Part shown: positions 1 through 14,308 of the stretch, piece by piece
How positions within the stretch are numbered: position 1 is the stretch's first letter
Layout of the letters: each line of letters opens with the position of its first letter
Source of the DNA: Eledone cirrhosa
Lineage: Eukaryota
Length of the DNA stretch: 64,000 bases
Direction of reading: 5' to 3'
Assembly: GCA_964016885.1 (NCBI GenBank)
Contig: OZ024752.1
Location: 15,934,001 to 15,998,000, forward strand
The notes under the pieces: generated by a model
Told to the model about the DNA's origin: nothing
The model's input: the letters and a program-made list of their open reading frames with translations, nothing else
The model's database searches: none
Translations under genes and position numbers: made by a program

Positions 1-610
1 ATAACACTAGCTACCAACCTCTATATCGTAGATTTCTTAGACATTAATTTAGACCTTCGCACACACACCTACAGACCCTTCCATAAGCTTAACCAAAAAC
101 TCTATTACATTCACAAGTACTCATGCCACCTTCCCACTGTTTTTAGAAACTTCATAAATAATAGCAGTACTAGAATCTCAAAACTCTCCTCTAATAAGGC
201 TATCTTTGACAGAGCGGCACCCTACTATAACACGGAGTCAGCTAACATCGGCTTCTCGCAACCTATCACTTACTCTCCCACTAACAAGAACAGCAATAAG
301 AAAAGGAAGCGTAACAATAGACAAACTATCTGGTTCTCTCCTCCCTTCTCACTCAACGTTAAAACGAATGTAGGCAAAAGATTTCTAGTCTTCTTAGATA
401 ACCACTTTCCCATAGGTCATAAATACCGCTCCATCTTTAACTGACACGAAGTAAAACTAGGATACTCCTGCGCTAACAACATGAAGGCCCACATCACCAA
501 CAGCCATAAGAGCAACACCCCACCAGGGTCCTCTTGCCGTAAGCCCAAAGCTTGTCCCCTTCAACGGCAATGCAACACACCCGCTGTGGTTTATGAAGCT
601 GTGGTCACTT
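1..610 (+). mobile_element. Penelope-like element fragment (end of RT, linker, start of GIY-YIG), cut by the window edge
   Basis: Frame 1 reads VDFLDINLDL..YRPFHK..YIHKYSCH..RISKLSSN..IF..AAPYY..TIWFSPPFSLNVKTNVG..HFP..IFN*HEVKLGYSC..CRKPKACPL..C..VVYEAVV, with one TGA at 442-444; same motif series as the 17-18.7 kb element. Confidence 0.85.
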
Positions 611-612
611 CC

Positions 613-644
<32 letters not shown>

Positions 645-1045
645 TACATATATATATATACAGTATATATGTATATATATATTACATTTATATATATATT
701 ATATATAATTATATTATACATATATCTACATATATATATACATATATATATATATCACACATACGCACATACATATATATACACACACATATATACACAC
801 ACACATGCACACATACATATAAACGTGTACACATATATCTGTATACCTACAGGCACATATATAACAAAACACATATATACATACATATATGTATACCCAT
901 CTACTCAAGTGTTTAAGTTCATATATACATTTGTGTGAGGGAGGGGATATTAATGAAATGTTATTGTTCCTCTGAGGGTTTTTCCTCTCTTCAACGATCC
1001 AATGTTTGAAAGTACGGGTGTCATCAACTGTTTTCTTTTTCACTA

Positions 1046-1113
<68 letters not shown>

Positions 1114-1136
1114 GATATATATGTATATATATATAC

Positions 1137-1880
1137 TTGGGGATGTTCATATTTGTGTAATATTGCCAAAATTAATAACAGAACACACTCACTTTTTGGT
1201 TGGTTTTCGCTTTTCGCTTCTGTGTCTTTGAGATCGGTAATCTAATTTATTCGGTCCTCAATGTTGCCATTGACTGACCAACGGTCAAAAATAATACAGA
1301 TACAATATAGACACAAACACATATATATAGTTTATGAAAGTTCTTTCGTTTCACATCTGCAACATCGTCAGTGGTGCTATTGTTTCCTCCTGTTGCATTG
1401 TATTTTCTACGCCATCTTTATTTAGTCTGTATAAATATTTATTTATCACACATCAAACAAAACACTATACACACACGCAAACGGAAAGAAGACAAAATAA
1501 AATAAACAAATAAATAAATATATAAACAGACTAAATAAAGATGGCGTAGAAAATACAATGCAACGGGAGGAAACAATAGCACCACTGACGATGTTGCAGA
1601 TGTGCAACGAAAGAACTTTGATAAACTATATATATGTGTTTGTGTCTATATTGTATCTGTATTATTTTTGACCGTTGGTCAGTCAATGGCAACATTGAGG
1701 ACCGAATAAATTAAATTAACCGATATAAAAGACACAGAAGCGAAAAGCGAAAACCAACCAAACAGTGAGTGTGTTCTGTTATTAATTCTGGCAATATTAC
1801 ACAAATATGACCCTCCCCAAGTATAACAATATTTGTTTCGACACACGATTTCATATAAAAAAACATCGCAAAACTAATTC
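1137..1880. mobile_element. Inverted pair of PLE pseudo-LTRs (same family as 45140-45552), each arm with an HHR-like core
   Basis: 1137-~1450 is the reverse complement of ~1510-1820; core CTGACGA-tGTTGCA gatg TGCAAC-GAAA at 1585-1612, with weak stem I. Confidence 0.8.
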
Positions 1881-1887
1881 ATCGCTG

Positions 1888-2004
<117 letters not shown>

Positions 2005-2059
2005 GTGTGTGTGTGCGTTTTAAATGACTTCTTTTTGATATTATTATTGTAACTCCCAA

Positions 2060-2282
2060 GGGCGGTGGATTGGCAGTATCGGTAGAGCGTCGGGCACCTT
2101 GCTCTGCGGCATAGAGTTACGCCCCTTTTTGATTTTGTTTGAAATCCTGCTGAGGTTAGCTTTGCCTTTGGTCTTTATGGGTTCGATAAAATAAAGTGCC
2201 AGTAATACACTGGGGTCGAGTTAATCGACTTTCCCCTCCCCCATAATTGCTGGCCTTGTGCCTATATAAGAAACCATTATTA
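2060..2282 (+). mobile_element. tRNA-derived SINE (family S1)
   Basis: GGCGGTGGATTGGCAG head; body GCTTTGCCTTT..GG(T)TCGATAAAATAAAGT.CCAGT (Nin/Deu-like domain, from memory); tail GCTGGCCTTGTGCC; more than 10 copies in the window. Confidence 0.85.
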
Positions 2283-3162
2283 GTATATGGACATAACAAA
2301 ACAAACTTCACAGTACAATGAAGAAATATATTAGTTTAGCGCTTGATATAGTAGGAAAAGTGTGATTCGTACAGTATCCATTCACCAGAAGATAGATTGA
2401 GAAATAAATAATGAAATAGAAAGATAGAGTGTGAGGAGTGGAAGAAACGGGAAAATGATCCTGGGAAAGAAACTTATGTGTATTCAGTCAGCCATTTTGT
2501 AGATATGTCGATAATAATTTCACTGTATGAATATTAAATTTTGTAAAATTGACGAACATATTTAATTGCTAAATCGTGTTTTAAAATAAAATTATTTTCC
2601 AGATATACAATTCGTGAAAATGCACTTAATTTTTTATGGTGCTTATCGTTACTTTGATAAATGCATTGATGTGCATTTGAGTGAGAAAGTATGTGTTCTT
2701 GTGATATGATTAAGCACTCTCGTGAACGTATGTATTACCTATTAACTGATAAACGGCTGTATTTCTATATCTCTCTAAAATACTTATCGCATCGATCACT
2801 TAATTGATTTTGCTCATAAGCATGTTTTAACGACATGAGAAATATTGATTTGTTAAACTGTATGCAATATATTACGGATAGAATGCGAAAATATATTGCG
2901 GTATTTCTTCTCGATATTTTCGATTTAAGTTCAAAACCCGCCGTAGTCAGCTTTGACTCTCGTCCTTTACAAGTCAATCACTGGAGCTGATGTAATCAAC
3001 GTTGCCTTTACCCCAAACATTGTGGACCTTATGCCTAAATATTGCAGATATAATGTAAATATTACTGCAGTTCTATATGATTTCAGAACAATAGGCACTG
3101 CTTGATATCACTGAAACAGTCACTAAATAATTTAGCGTGATTTTGGTTTCTTTGCTAAACCT

Positions 3163-3163
3163 A

Positions 3164-3229
<66 letters not shown>

Positions 3230-3260
3230 GCTACTACTGCTGCTGCTGCTGTTGCTGCTG
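3163..3260. repeat. (CTA)n/(CTG)n microsatellite
   Basis: direct reading. Confidence 0.95.
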
Positions 3261-3631
3261 AGACTGACGCTGCTTCTGCTGCTAGTACTACTACTTCTTC
3301 TTCTACTTATTTCTGAGAGGGTTGTGGGGGCGGAGTCCTCAAATACCCCTTCCTATGGGTCATGTCAGTAGCAACCATCTCCAATTGATCCGGTTGGGCC
3401 CCCAAGTGAGACTAGCACAGCTGATGGATGTTATCAACCAATCTTGCTCGGAGCCTACCATTGGATCTCTTGTTGGTTGGTTTTGCCCGTAAAATCTGTT
3501 TAGCCCAATTTATGTTAAATTTCAACTTAGAGATTCTGATATGAAAAAATATATATATTTGTCAAACATGAATCGTAAAACTTTCAATCGAAGATATACA
3601 TCAGTTTTTATTGCCATATATTTCTAAATAT

Positions 3632-3780
3632 TAAGTGGTTAGAGCATTAGGCTTGCAATCGAAAGGTTGTGAGTTCGATTATCGGACCGAGTGATGTGTT
3701 GTGTCCTTGAGCAAGACACTTTATTTCACGTTGCTCCAGTTTACTCAGCTGTAGAAATCAATTGCGGGTGGCAGTAGTTC
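3632..3780 (+). mobile_element. tRNA-derived SINE (family S2)
   Basis: A/B-box-like GTGGTTAGAG..GAGTTCGATT, then GTGTCCTTGAGCAAGACACTTTATTTCACGTTGCTC; a reverse copy lies at 39130-39216. Confidence 0.8.
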
Positions 3781-4974
3781 CAGCTGCACGCACCAAAAGA
3801 CTGGTGTAGTGGTTCTGAGAACAATGCAGCTTTGTAGATGATCAATGCAAATTTACAATGGAAAGGCGCTCCTGCTCGAGTTAGAAGCGAACAATTGACC
3901 TTCAGGAGAAGCAGCGACCCCTGAATGTATTCAGCAACCGAAACAAATATGAGGTACACCAAATCCAATGCTCCTAGGGGCGGCCCTGGTTCTTCTTATT
4001 CGCGAGTGTAAACTCGGCCAGATTAGATTTGATATTTCTAAAAATATGTTTCACAATAGCATAATACAATAGAGGTTGACGGACCGTCATCTTTTTCGAC
4101 AAGGAGTATTCCATTTGTTCTATGAACGAATAGCCTAGTAGTGAAACTGACGTGCGGGCGGTACACCTTTAACGTAATTATCATGAAAATTCAATGTGTC
4201 ATATAGTGTGACAAGGCCAAATCTTTTGTAGTACAAATACAGATAATTTTTAACATCTGGGTAGATTTTTAACTACGCGAAACAACGCGCCAGCGAGAAG
4301 CGAAGTAATGGTCTTACGATCGTGAGGCGACTGATCTAACTATTAAACTACGTTCCTTCACATAACAGATATGCAGGTTTGAAGAAATAAAAATAGTATA
4401 GCATTGAAAACTTTTCTCACCGGCAGCAACATCTTCATTTTAACGAAATAAATTCTAGCGGAAATTGTAACCTAATCACGGATTTTTTGGAGTGAGATCT
4501 TTATTTTTTTTGTCTTTCTTTAGCCCACAATTTGTAAATTAAAATGGTTTTCGGCAATAATCTAAAACGGTTTCTGTGGAGAATAGCACTGTTTGGGCAC
4601 ATAAAACATAATTGTTTTCTCTGAATTTCCGTACGGATATGCTAATGTGTAATAACATTTATTTGTAACTGTAATCTATAATAGTTGAATAGTTTTGCAG
4701 AATCTTTTGTTGTTTTTAGATAATAATTTCCTGTATATTAAGAATGGGAGAATATGATTGTTCCTGCTTTTACTCATGTCATTATTTAAGTAAATACCTG
4801 GCCTTGTGCCTCTATCGGGAAACATTATTTAAGTGAATACCTACAACTTGGGGAGTAAAGATTTAGACTTACAATCGCTTCATTCAAGTCAGCTTTTTAA
4901 TATAAATTCTATATCCTTGACATATGTAGGCACAAGGGCAAAGAAAGGGAATAGACGATGTAATCGATGTAATC

Positions 4975-5045
<71 letters not shown>

Positions 5046-5047
<2 letters not shown>

Positions 5048-5245
5048 CAAAGTAAGTGTGGTAAAAAACCAGGTGGACCATAACGCACCAGAGTACTCGA
5101 TCCTTAGGGAAGCAGAGTGGGTAATAGGAAAAGAATCAGGGCCCCGAAGGCTGAGCTCCGGCCGTTTCGGAAGCTAGAGCCGAACAGTTCGAATCTAACT
5201 GTCGAAACGGCCAGAGCTCACCCGTCGGGGTCCTGACTCTTTTCA
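5046..5245. mobile_element. Fold-back element family B (3' half of an HHR, duplicated in inverted orientation)
   Basis: GGACCATAACGCACCAGAGTACTC..GAGTGGGTAAT shared with 6470, 50817, 56505 and 60035; GAAACGGC..CCGTC stem III. Confidence 0.75.
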
Positions 5246-6066
<821 letters not shown>

Positions 6067-6084
6067 AGTAATAATAATAAATTT

Positions 6085-6290
6085 GAAGACTAAAATCCAA
6101 AGAGGGCTCGATAAGGATAAATATATATCAAATATATAAGAACCGTAGAGCAAATATTTATTAAAATAACAGATTAAAGTTTAAGCAAAGATTCGCTGCT
6201 TTCATCCTTAACTTCTTCAGAAGATCCCGTTAAGGGTGAAAGCAGCGATTCTTTGCTTAAACTTTAATCTGTTATTTTAATAAATACACA
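6085..6290. mobile_element. Fold-back element family C (HHR-like core at the inversion centre)
   Basis: Matches 58355-58560 and 46861-46925; GAAGA-TCCC gttaa GGGT-GAAAGCAGCG. Confidence 0.7.
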
Positions 6291-6347
6291 AATATATATA
6301 TAGATATGTTTGTATACACGTATATATACATATATATACACACACTC

Positions 6348-6394
<47 letters not shown>

Positions 6395-6469
6395 TATGTT
6401 TGTATACACGTATATATACATATATATATATATACACACACTCGTATATATATATATATATATATATAT

Positions 6470-6612
6470 AACGAAGGAAATGTGGTAAGGAACCAGGTGG
6501 ACCATAACGCACCAAAGTACTCAATACTTAGGGTAGTAGAGTGGGTAATATTCTGGACTGAATTAGCCGTCGAAACGGCTTGAGCTCAGCCGTCGGGATC
6601 TTACTGGTTCCT
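6470..6612. mobile_element. Family B copy
   Basis: GAAACGGCT tgagctc AGCCGTC, a perfect stem III ending in GUC. Confidence 0.75.
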
Positions 6613-6740
6613 ATATATATATATAGAGAGGGAGAGACATCGATATCTGCAAGACCAACTGTACAAGTGGCTTTAACTAAACATTGCAATGCATCTTGCC
6701 CAATATTCTAGGGATTCAGCCAATTCTCCACCCTTATATA

Positions 6741-7075
6741 ATAATTGTTTCTACTGTTAGGCACAAGGCCAGCAATTACCCCAGTGTATTACTGGTACTT
6801 TATTTTATCGACCCCGTAAGGATGAAAGGCAAAGTTAACCTCGGCGGGATTTGAACTCAGTCCGTAAAGGGACTTACCCTTATTTAATAATTGTTTCTAC
6901 TTTCGGCACAAGGCCAGCAAATTACCCAGTACATTACTGGTACTTTATTTTATAGACCTTGTAAGGATGAAAGGCAAAGTTAACCTTGGCGGGATTTGAA
7001 CTCAGATCGTAAAGGGACGTAACTGTGCTGCAAAGCATGGCGCCCGACCCTCTACCAATTCTGCCAATCCACCCA
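6741..7075 (-). mobile_element. SINE S1 with a duplicated 3' part
   Basis: Two reverse-complement S1 bodies in tandem. Confidence 0.85.
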
Positions 7076-7739
7076 TCTTACCCTTATATAATAATGTTTA
7101 TTGATTAACGATATACATTACTGTTCGTAAATAACATTCCCTTTAATAGAAAACTATTGAATTCCTGTGGTTAGTTGCAGCAAGAGATCAATAGTGTAAA
7201 TATATCGATATTTACTATTAGTAACGTCTCTTCATCAACGCTCGAAATGTCTGTTTCGTCTCCATTCAGGACAAATTGCTTGTTGGTTCAGAATGTATAT
7301 GTTCAGAATGTATTGATAACTCTCCTCAATATTTCTTGTTGTTTGTTATTTTAATGCAGAAATATATAATATTGCTATCGTTTAATAATGTGGGACAGCA
7401 TGGGACAAAGGTTAAAGAGTTTGCTTCGTAATCATTAAGACCCCGGTTCGATCCCACTTCATAGCCTCTTTGCAAGTGTTATTCACCTTAGATTTTCGTT
7501 GACCCATGCCTATTTAACAGTCGTCTGCTATTGAAAGAGGATGGAACGAAAGAAAGATGAATGGAAAGTGTTTGTTCAGCAAAGAAGGAGAGCGATGGCT
7601 GGTTCTTCTGTTTGAAGAATCCGTATGAATGCCTGGCAGACTGTGCCTGACTGTGATCGTCTGCTCTCGTAATCTGTCTATTAACTGCTGCATGAACACG
7701 ACCACGAGGATATGGTCCGAACATGGAAAAATCGAAATC

Positions 7740-7951
7740 CCACTGTCATCGCCTCAAATGTCATTGCCTTCCCCATGGTGAACAAATGGGACCTACGTGC
7801 TGGCTCCCCACATCCCCGGCGAAGAGAATTGAGAAGGCGTTTCCACGGAGGATGGTAAAGGAGATGCGCTGGTAGAGTTATTCCAACTCGCGAGGCTCAC
7901 ACCTGTGACTAGCCAGCTCAGCACCTATGGTGGTGAGTAGGGAGGTAGCCC
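7740..7951 (-). mobile_element. CRE-like (RLE) non-LTR retrotransposon 3' fragment
   Basis: Reverse complement of ~21810-21990 (GGGCTACCTCCCTACTCACC..CAGGTGTGAGCCTC). Confidence 0.6.
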
Positions 7952-8020
7952 TTGTTAGTGAAACTGTCTAAAGTCTGTCTTAAGCCAAAAGGCTCATTAC
8001 GCCGGAGCTTATCTTGGTTT

Positions 8021-9541
8021 CATGGCGTGAAACGACTGAGAGTACAAGACTATACCGCCCATGGCGTGAAGAGACTGAGAGTACAAGACTATACCGCCCA
8101 TGGCGTGAAACGACTGAGAGTACAAGAGTATCCCGCCCATGGCGTGAAGCGACTGAGAGTACAAGACTATCCCGCCCATGGCGTCAAGCGACTGAGAGTA
8201 CAAGACTATCCCGCCCATGGCGTGAAGTGACAGAGAGTACAAGACTATACCTCCCATGGCGTGAAGAGACTGAGAGTACAAGACTATACCGCCCATGGCG
8301 TGAAACGACTGAGAGTACAAGACTATCCCGCCCATGGCGTGAAGCGACTGAGAGTACAAGACTATCCCGCCCATGGCGTCAAGCGACTGAGAGTACAAGA
8401 CTATCCCGCCCATGGCGTGAAGTGACAGAGAGTACAAGACTATACCTCCCATGGCGTGAAGAGACTGAGAGTACAAGACTATACCTCCCATGGCGTGAAG
8501 CGACTGAGAGTACATGACTATACCTCCCATGGCGTGAAGAGACTGAGAGTACAAGACTATACCTCCCATGGCGTGAAGAGACTGAGAGTACATGACTATA
8601 CCTCCCATGGCGTGAAGAGACTGAGAGTACGAGACTATACCTCCCATGGCGTGAAGAGACTGAGAGTACAAGACTATACCTCCCATGGCGTGAAACGACT
8701 GAGAGTACAAGACTATCCCGCCCATGGCGTGAAGAGACTGAGAGTACATGACTATACCTCCCATGGCGTGAAGCGATTGAGAGTACAAGACTATCCCGCC
8801 CATGGCGTGAAGAGACTGAGAGTACAAGACTATACCGCCCATGGCGTGAAGAGACTGAGAGTACAAGACTATACCTCCCATGGCGTGAAGAGACTGAGAG
8901 TACAAGACTATCCCGCCCATGGCGTGAAGAGACTGAGAGTACATGACTATACCTCCCATGGCGTGAAGCGATTGAGAGTACAAGACTATCCCGCCCATGG
9001 CGTGAAGAGACTGAGAGTACAAGACTATACCGCCCATGGCGTGAAGAGACTGAGAGTACAAGACTATACCTCCCATGGCGTGAAGAGACTGAGAGTACAA
9101 GACTATCCCGCCCATGGCGTGAAGAGACTGAGAGTACAAGACTATCCCTCCCATGGCGTGAAGAGACTGAGAGTACAAGACTATACCTCCCATGGCGTGA
9201 AGAGACTGAGAGTACAAGACTATACCGCCCATGGCGTGAAGCGACTGCGAGTACAAGACTATACCTCCCATGGCGTGAAGCGACTGAGAGTACAAGACTA
9301 TCCCGCCCATGGCGTGAAGTGACTGAGAGTACAAGACTATACCGCCCATGGCGTGAAGCGACTGAGAGTACAAGACTATACCTCCCATGGCGTGAAGCGA
9401 CTGAGAGTACAAGACTATCCCGCCCATGGCGTGAAGTGACTGAGAGTACAAGACTATACCTCCCATGGCGTGAAGCGACTGAGAGTACAAGACTATACCG
9501 CCCATGGCGTGAAGCGACTGAGAGTACAAGACTATCCCGCC
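8021..9541. repeat. 39-bp minisatellite, ~39 copies
   Basis: Unit CATGGCGTGAAG(C/A)GACTGAGAGTACAAGACTAT(A/C)CC(G/T)CC in head-to-tail copies with no spacers. Confidence 0.97.
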
Positions 9542-9823
9542 CGTCCCTTCAATCCTTCCAATTTCTCATCTTTGTCATCTGATCTAGGACTAGCTTTAAC
9601 CTATTATATTCCTTCCATATACTGTACCGATTGTGTTGTTATTTCTGTTTACCGTTTACATATATATATATATTCTGTCATTAAGCAAACAGAAGTCTAG
9701 TGAGCTTTTGATTCCGGAGTTGGGCCCGATCGATACATATCGAACGTTCAGCTAATCAATCGCGAAATGCGCGTCACACCTGTATAAACTTAATGAAAAG
9801 CAGCCATCTCATCCATTCTTATC

Positions 9824-9879
<56 letters not shown>

Positions 9880-9886
9880 CATGTGC

Positions 9887-9918
<32 letters not shown>

Positions 9919-10020
9919 CTGTCTATCTCTCTATTCTATTTGTATATGTGTGTGTTTATATCTACCTGTCTGTCTATCTTTCGGTTTCTATATCCCACCT
10001 ATATCTATATATCTTTCTCT

Positions 10021-10340
10021 CATGGATTGGCAGTATTGGTAGAGGGTCGGACGCCATGCTTTGACGATAGAATTACGGCCCTTTCCATTCTGAGTTCAAA
10101 TCCCGCCGAGGTCAACTTTGCCTTTCATCCTTACGGGGTCGATAAAATAAAGTACCAGTAATGCACTGGGATAATTGCTGGCCTGGTGCCAAAAGTAGAA
10201 ATAATTATATCTCTTTACGGTCTGAGTTCAAATCCCGTCGATGTTAACTTTGCTTTTCCTCCTTACGGGGGTCGATAAAATAAAGTACCAGTAATGTACT
10301 GATATAATTGCTGGCCTTGTGCCAAAAGTAGAAAAAATGA
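10021..10340 (+). mobile_element. SINE S1 with a duplicated 3' part
   Basis: S1 body present twice. Confidence 0.85.
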
Positions 10341-11931
10341 TATCTCTTCTATATCTTACTTTGTCTCCACTTATCAATCTCTCTCTTATATCTCTCTAAC
10401 TCTTGTTATCTTTATCCTCCTTCCTCCCCCATCACTTACTTTCCTTAACATTTTATGATAAGCATATTTGCTTTCTTTATATAATTCTTTTCCGGGAAAA
10501 TCAATATGGTTATTCCATATTTCTATATTCTCAAGATTAATATACTTCACTGTGGGGCAATTCAAGTCATATCTACAGTTGAAGGAAATGGGATTTCAGT
10601 TATTTATTATAGCAGGAAACGTTTATGCTAGTAAAACACCACAGCTGTAAAACATTTTATCTGTATTAAGTGGACTGTTAAATATTTTGACTACGAATAC
10701 AATGTAAGAATGATGACAAATTACAATCTATTTAGATTAGTTATCCAGTTCTGTAATGACTTCCTTTTGAGATCTTCTGCATGATCAAAGTACAAATCTT
10801 GATTGGGTCAAATGTTCGTTCAGTCAAAAATATAATGTTCCCGTTTATAAAAGAATGCGGGTTACGGGTTCAATAATTATTGTCTCATAATCTTGAAACG
10901 TTGCTAAATTCTGAGACAAATGATTAACTCCCGTCCTTCAGAATTAAATAGAAACGTTATACTCCAAATTTCATGTTTCCCCGGGTTACATGCCTTTATT
11001 TTGTTCCTTCTATTTGATCGTACAGAATTAAATGTATTGAAATGTACAGTGGTAATGGTAATAAAAGATGTAGAGTTAGACTTAGAGAAAGATACATTTA
11101 ATGGTAGAGAAAAGTGTAGAATTATTTAGAGTGGAAAGGGCTCATTGGAAAATGGTGCTGAACGTGGAGGTTGTATTGATGAAAGACTAACATCCGATAT
11201 GTCGGGATATTTACTCTTCTGTGTACTTTTTTGTTTGTCTCTTAATGTTGAACTAAATATATATTTATATATATATATGCTAAATATATATTTATATATG
11301 CGTATCCTTGTGCGTACATACATGCATACGTGTATATATATGCACACCTGTAATGGTGTGTAGATGTGTGAGCGTCTGAGGTGGTAGGTGTGAGTGTATG
11401 TACAAGTCAACCAGCATAAACCTTTTATTTCTAAATTTTCTAAACTATCTAAGTATTTGACTCTAACCATTATATTAAGTATTACCACCCCACATTTTGT
11501 ATGTGTGGATGTGTGTGTGTGTCTGTGGAGGTGGGTGTGAGTGTAGTGCAAGCCAACCTACATAAGTCTTTTTCTACTCAAACCATAAATTTCAGTTGCA
11601 CCACTCCACATAAATTCCTCAATTTAAGAATGACCTGTAGTATCTATCTCATACTATTAACCTTAATTGAATATATATCTGACCAGGAATGCTTTTTGTG
11701 AAAATCAGTCATATGGAACTATTGTCATCTTGCCTGACGGTTTGAACTTTACAAAACCACCTGCCTCTTTGAGGTCAAATACCAACCCTACTACCATCTC
11801 CAAACTGTCCAATGAGAATCAAGACTATTCCTGCTGACAACATTAAATTATTCCTAACAAGCTCATATGTCCCAAGGCTCTGATACCATCAACACTATAA
11901 ACACAGAGCTGGCATATCTAAGAACTAACTA

Positions 11932-11987
11932 ACTGCCTGATGAGGTCATAGCTATTCAATGGCTATCATCGAAATATATATAGCAGT
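11932..11987 (+). ncRNA. Minimal type I hammerhead ribozyme
   Basis: ACTGC-CTGATGA-stem II (ATAGC/GCTAT)-GAAA-TATATA-TA-GCAGT: 5-bp stem I, palindromic loop III. Confidence 0.75.
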
Positions 11988-12059
11988 AAATAAAGGATTA
12001 TGAGTTCATGCAATTGACTTGTTTCGTCACTATATATATATATATGTGTGTGTGTGTGT

Positions 12060-12275
12060 TTAATGGTAGCTATGATGCTTCCATAGGCGGTATGCCAGTT
12101 GAGCACTCTATGTTCTTACAGAGCAGAGTGTGATATAATATAAAACGAAAAATCATTGATGCATCTGGACTCAGTTTATTGTGTTACAATTGTTTCGCCG
12201 GCAGGTAGCTCGAGACACGATCATTGTATGGATCTGTCTGATTCTAGATCTGCAGGTTCTTCGGACACATACAAT
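12060..12275 (-). mobile_element. Family E element with a long-stem-II HHR (12181-12268)
   Basis: Minus strand GTGT-CCGAAGA-~60 nt-GAAA-CAATTG-TA-ACAC; homologous to 45568-45830 and 59335-59530. Confidence 0.7.
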
Positions 12276-12395
12276 ACTTTCGGAACAAATGTTCTCACTG
12301 GGGTGCGTACTTGCTTCGTAATTTGTGAAAAATATATTTCTTTGTGCAAAGATTAAATAATTTTATATATCTCAATATAAGTGAAACGAAATCAG

Positions 12396-12397
<2 letters not shown>

Positions 12398-12476
<79 letters not shown>
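12398..12476. repeat. (TG)n microsatellite
   Basis: direct reading. Confidence 0.95.
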
Positions 12477-12479
<3 letters not shown>

Positions 12480-12890
12480 ATGTGCGCATGTGAGGGATAA
12501 AATGTACTTTCTCAGAATCCCGCCAGGTGAAATTGTACCCGGAACCACGTGATGGCAAAGGCATTACCTTAACCAATATTTATCTGCCTACGCTATTTCC
12601 TTTAATGTTTCCGGTATAAAGTTGACAGTTATTTGTTGATTATTATTATTTAGAAATACACCTTTTACTGTTGATGTATAAACAATGTATAAAGGAAAAA
12701 ATCTCCTTTTTCACATGAAAAATATGATCTTATATGTCATATTGATTGATTTAAGTGAAGTGAAAAGAAACATGATTTTACGGCTTTCATATTTTTCTGA
12801 ATATCGTTAATGGTACAAATGAAGTAAAACATCATCAATTTAATGCCGTAAATATGCTTGAGTCTTGATTTACAAGCCGATTAATCCTCT

Positions 12891-12895
<5 letters not shown>

Positions 12896-12970
<75 letters not shown>
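12896..12970. repeat. (CT)n microsatellite
   Basis: direct reading. Confidence 0.95.
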
Positions 12971-12973
<3 letters not shown>

Positions 12974-14235
12974 ATATTTCAACACATATAGGTATCTGTA
13001 GGCACGTTGTCATTTAGGAATATGATGGATGAACAACTATGATATGTAAGCAAGCACCTGGCTATGTTTTTGGAGGAGTTTGGGCTGTATTTTGACAACA
13101 GCTACTTTATTTTGTCAATCTAAAATAAATTACTTCCTATTAACGTAGACAGGTTAAAAATTGTGCACGAAAAACTTAATGTCTCTTAGCTTTAATAGAG
13201 AAACCCTTTCAACCATACACTAAAAAATATTTTAGTTCTGTAAAGAGGCTTTAGTAATTGTTAATTGCTTAACAAATAATAGCTTAATGGAGTATACTGG
13301 TGATGTTAAAGATTATCTTATTCTACATATAAAAACATGGAATAATTTAAGGCAATAAAATTACTTGTGCTTTTTTAGGTTACAAATAAAATGATAGTGT
13401 TAATACTTGATCATATTATTGAACGGAATTGATAGAATGGCAATTTCTGAAAGAAATATATAACAAAACACTATGTAAATCTTCGTTAATTCAATCCTAA
13501 AGTTAAAATACAATCATATATCTTTTAATATCACCCTGTTCGTTAAACTTCATATTTATCTGATATGTGTGGGGTGTGTAATGTGTGTGTATATGTATAT
13601 GTCTTATAGGTTTCTGTTATGAATATATGTAAGCATACACCGGATGAAAGGGTAAAATATTATTGGTAGAGTTGAAATAATGTTTATCGTTAAAAGTAAC
13701 CTTTTAGCTCGAAATTTCGTCGATACTATTGCTGTCTTGAAACTGTTTTGAGGGCGAGTAATATTGAAGGTAAAAGGTGACTATGTTATTTATATAAACG
13801 CATTATATATTACTATTATATTATATATATTAAATATTGATATATTTGAGAAGTAATAGCACCCATGATATTTTCAAAACATTCTAAGAGAGACGTAACT
13901 TTGAATCAGGTGGTGTTTGCCTTCATATTTGGTAGATTGATATCATTTCCTTTTTAATAAACCAGAAAGCCTCATTGTAAAACACGAAGTGTTGAAGGTC
14001 GGATGATAGAAGAAAGCTTTATTCTTCTCTTTGTGATGATTAAAGAAACCATTCTTTAAAGAATAAAGAAATCATTATTCTTTTGTGATTAATTAGACAT
14101 CATCACACGCCACGCAATTTGTAGTTAGTAACTTCCTTCAGAGATTATATACAATATACGAGCTTCAAAAAGTTCGTGGGAAAAGGACAGTTGGAAAACA
14201 CAGGTTAAGTTATGATGTTCATTTTTCAACATATA

Positions 14236-14308
14236 CAGGCTGTCCCCCAAAATTGACATCATTGGCTTATGTTATTAGACTAAGGGTCAATTTTGGGGGG
14301 ACACTCTG
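14236..14308. mobile_element. Tiny Tc1/mariner-type MITE
   Basis: TA|CAGGCTGTCCCCCAAAATTGAC ... GTCAATTTTGGGGGGACACTCTG|TA: terminal inverted repeats with a TA duplication. Confidence 0.7.

Noticed and set aside
442-444. In-frame TGA in a PLE as selenocysteine (Naiad-like)
   Set aside because: Aligns with Arg (LNRNN in the 18.6 kb relative), so CGA-to-TGA decay; the endonuclease is C-terminal here
8009-9529. 506-aa ORF with a 13-aa repeat, or a CRISPR-like array
   Set aside because: Product of a 39-bp unit lacking stops; no unique spacers, no cas genes, eukaryotic context
13635-13720. HHR-like remnants (also ~975-1030 and 63148-63190)
   Set aside because: Cores and stems too degenerate to distinguish from chance
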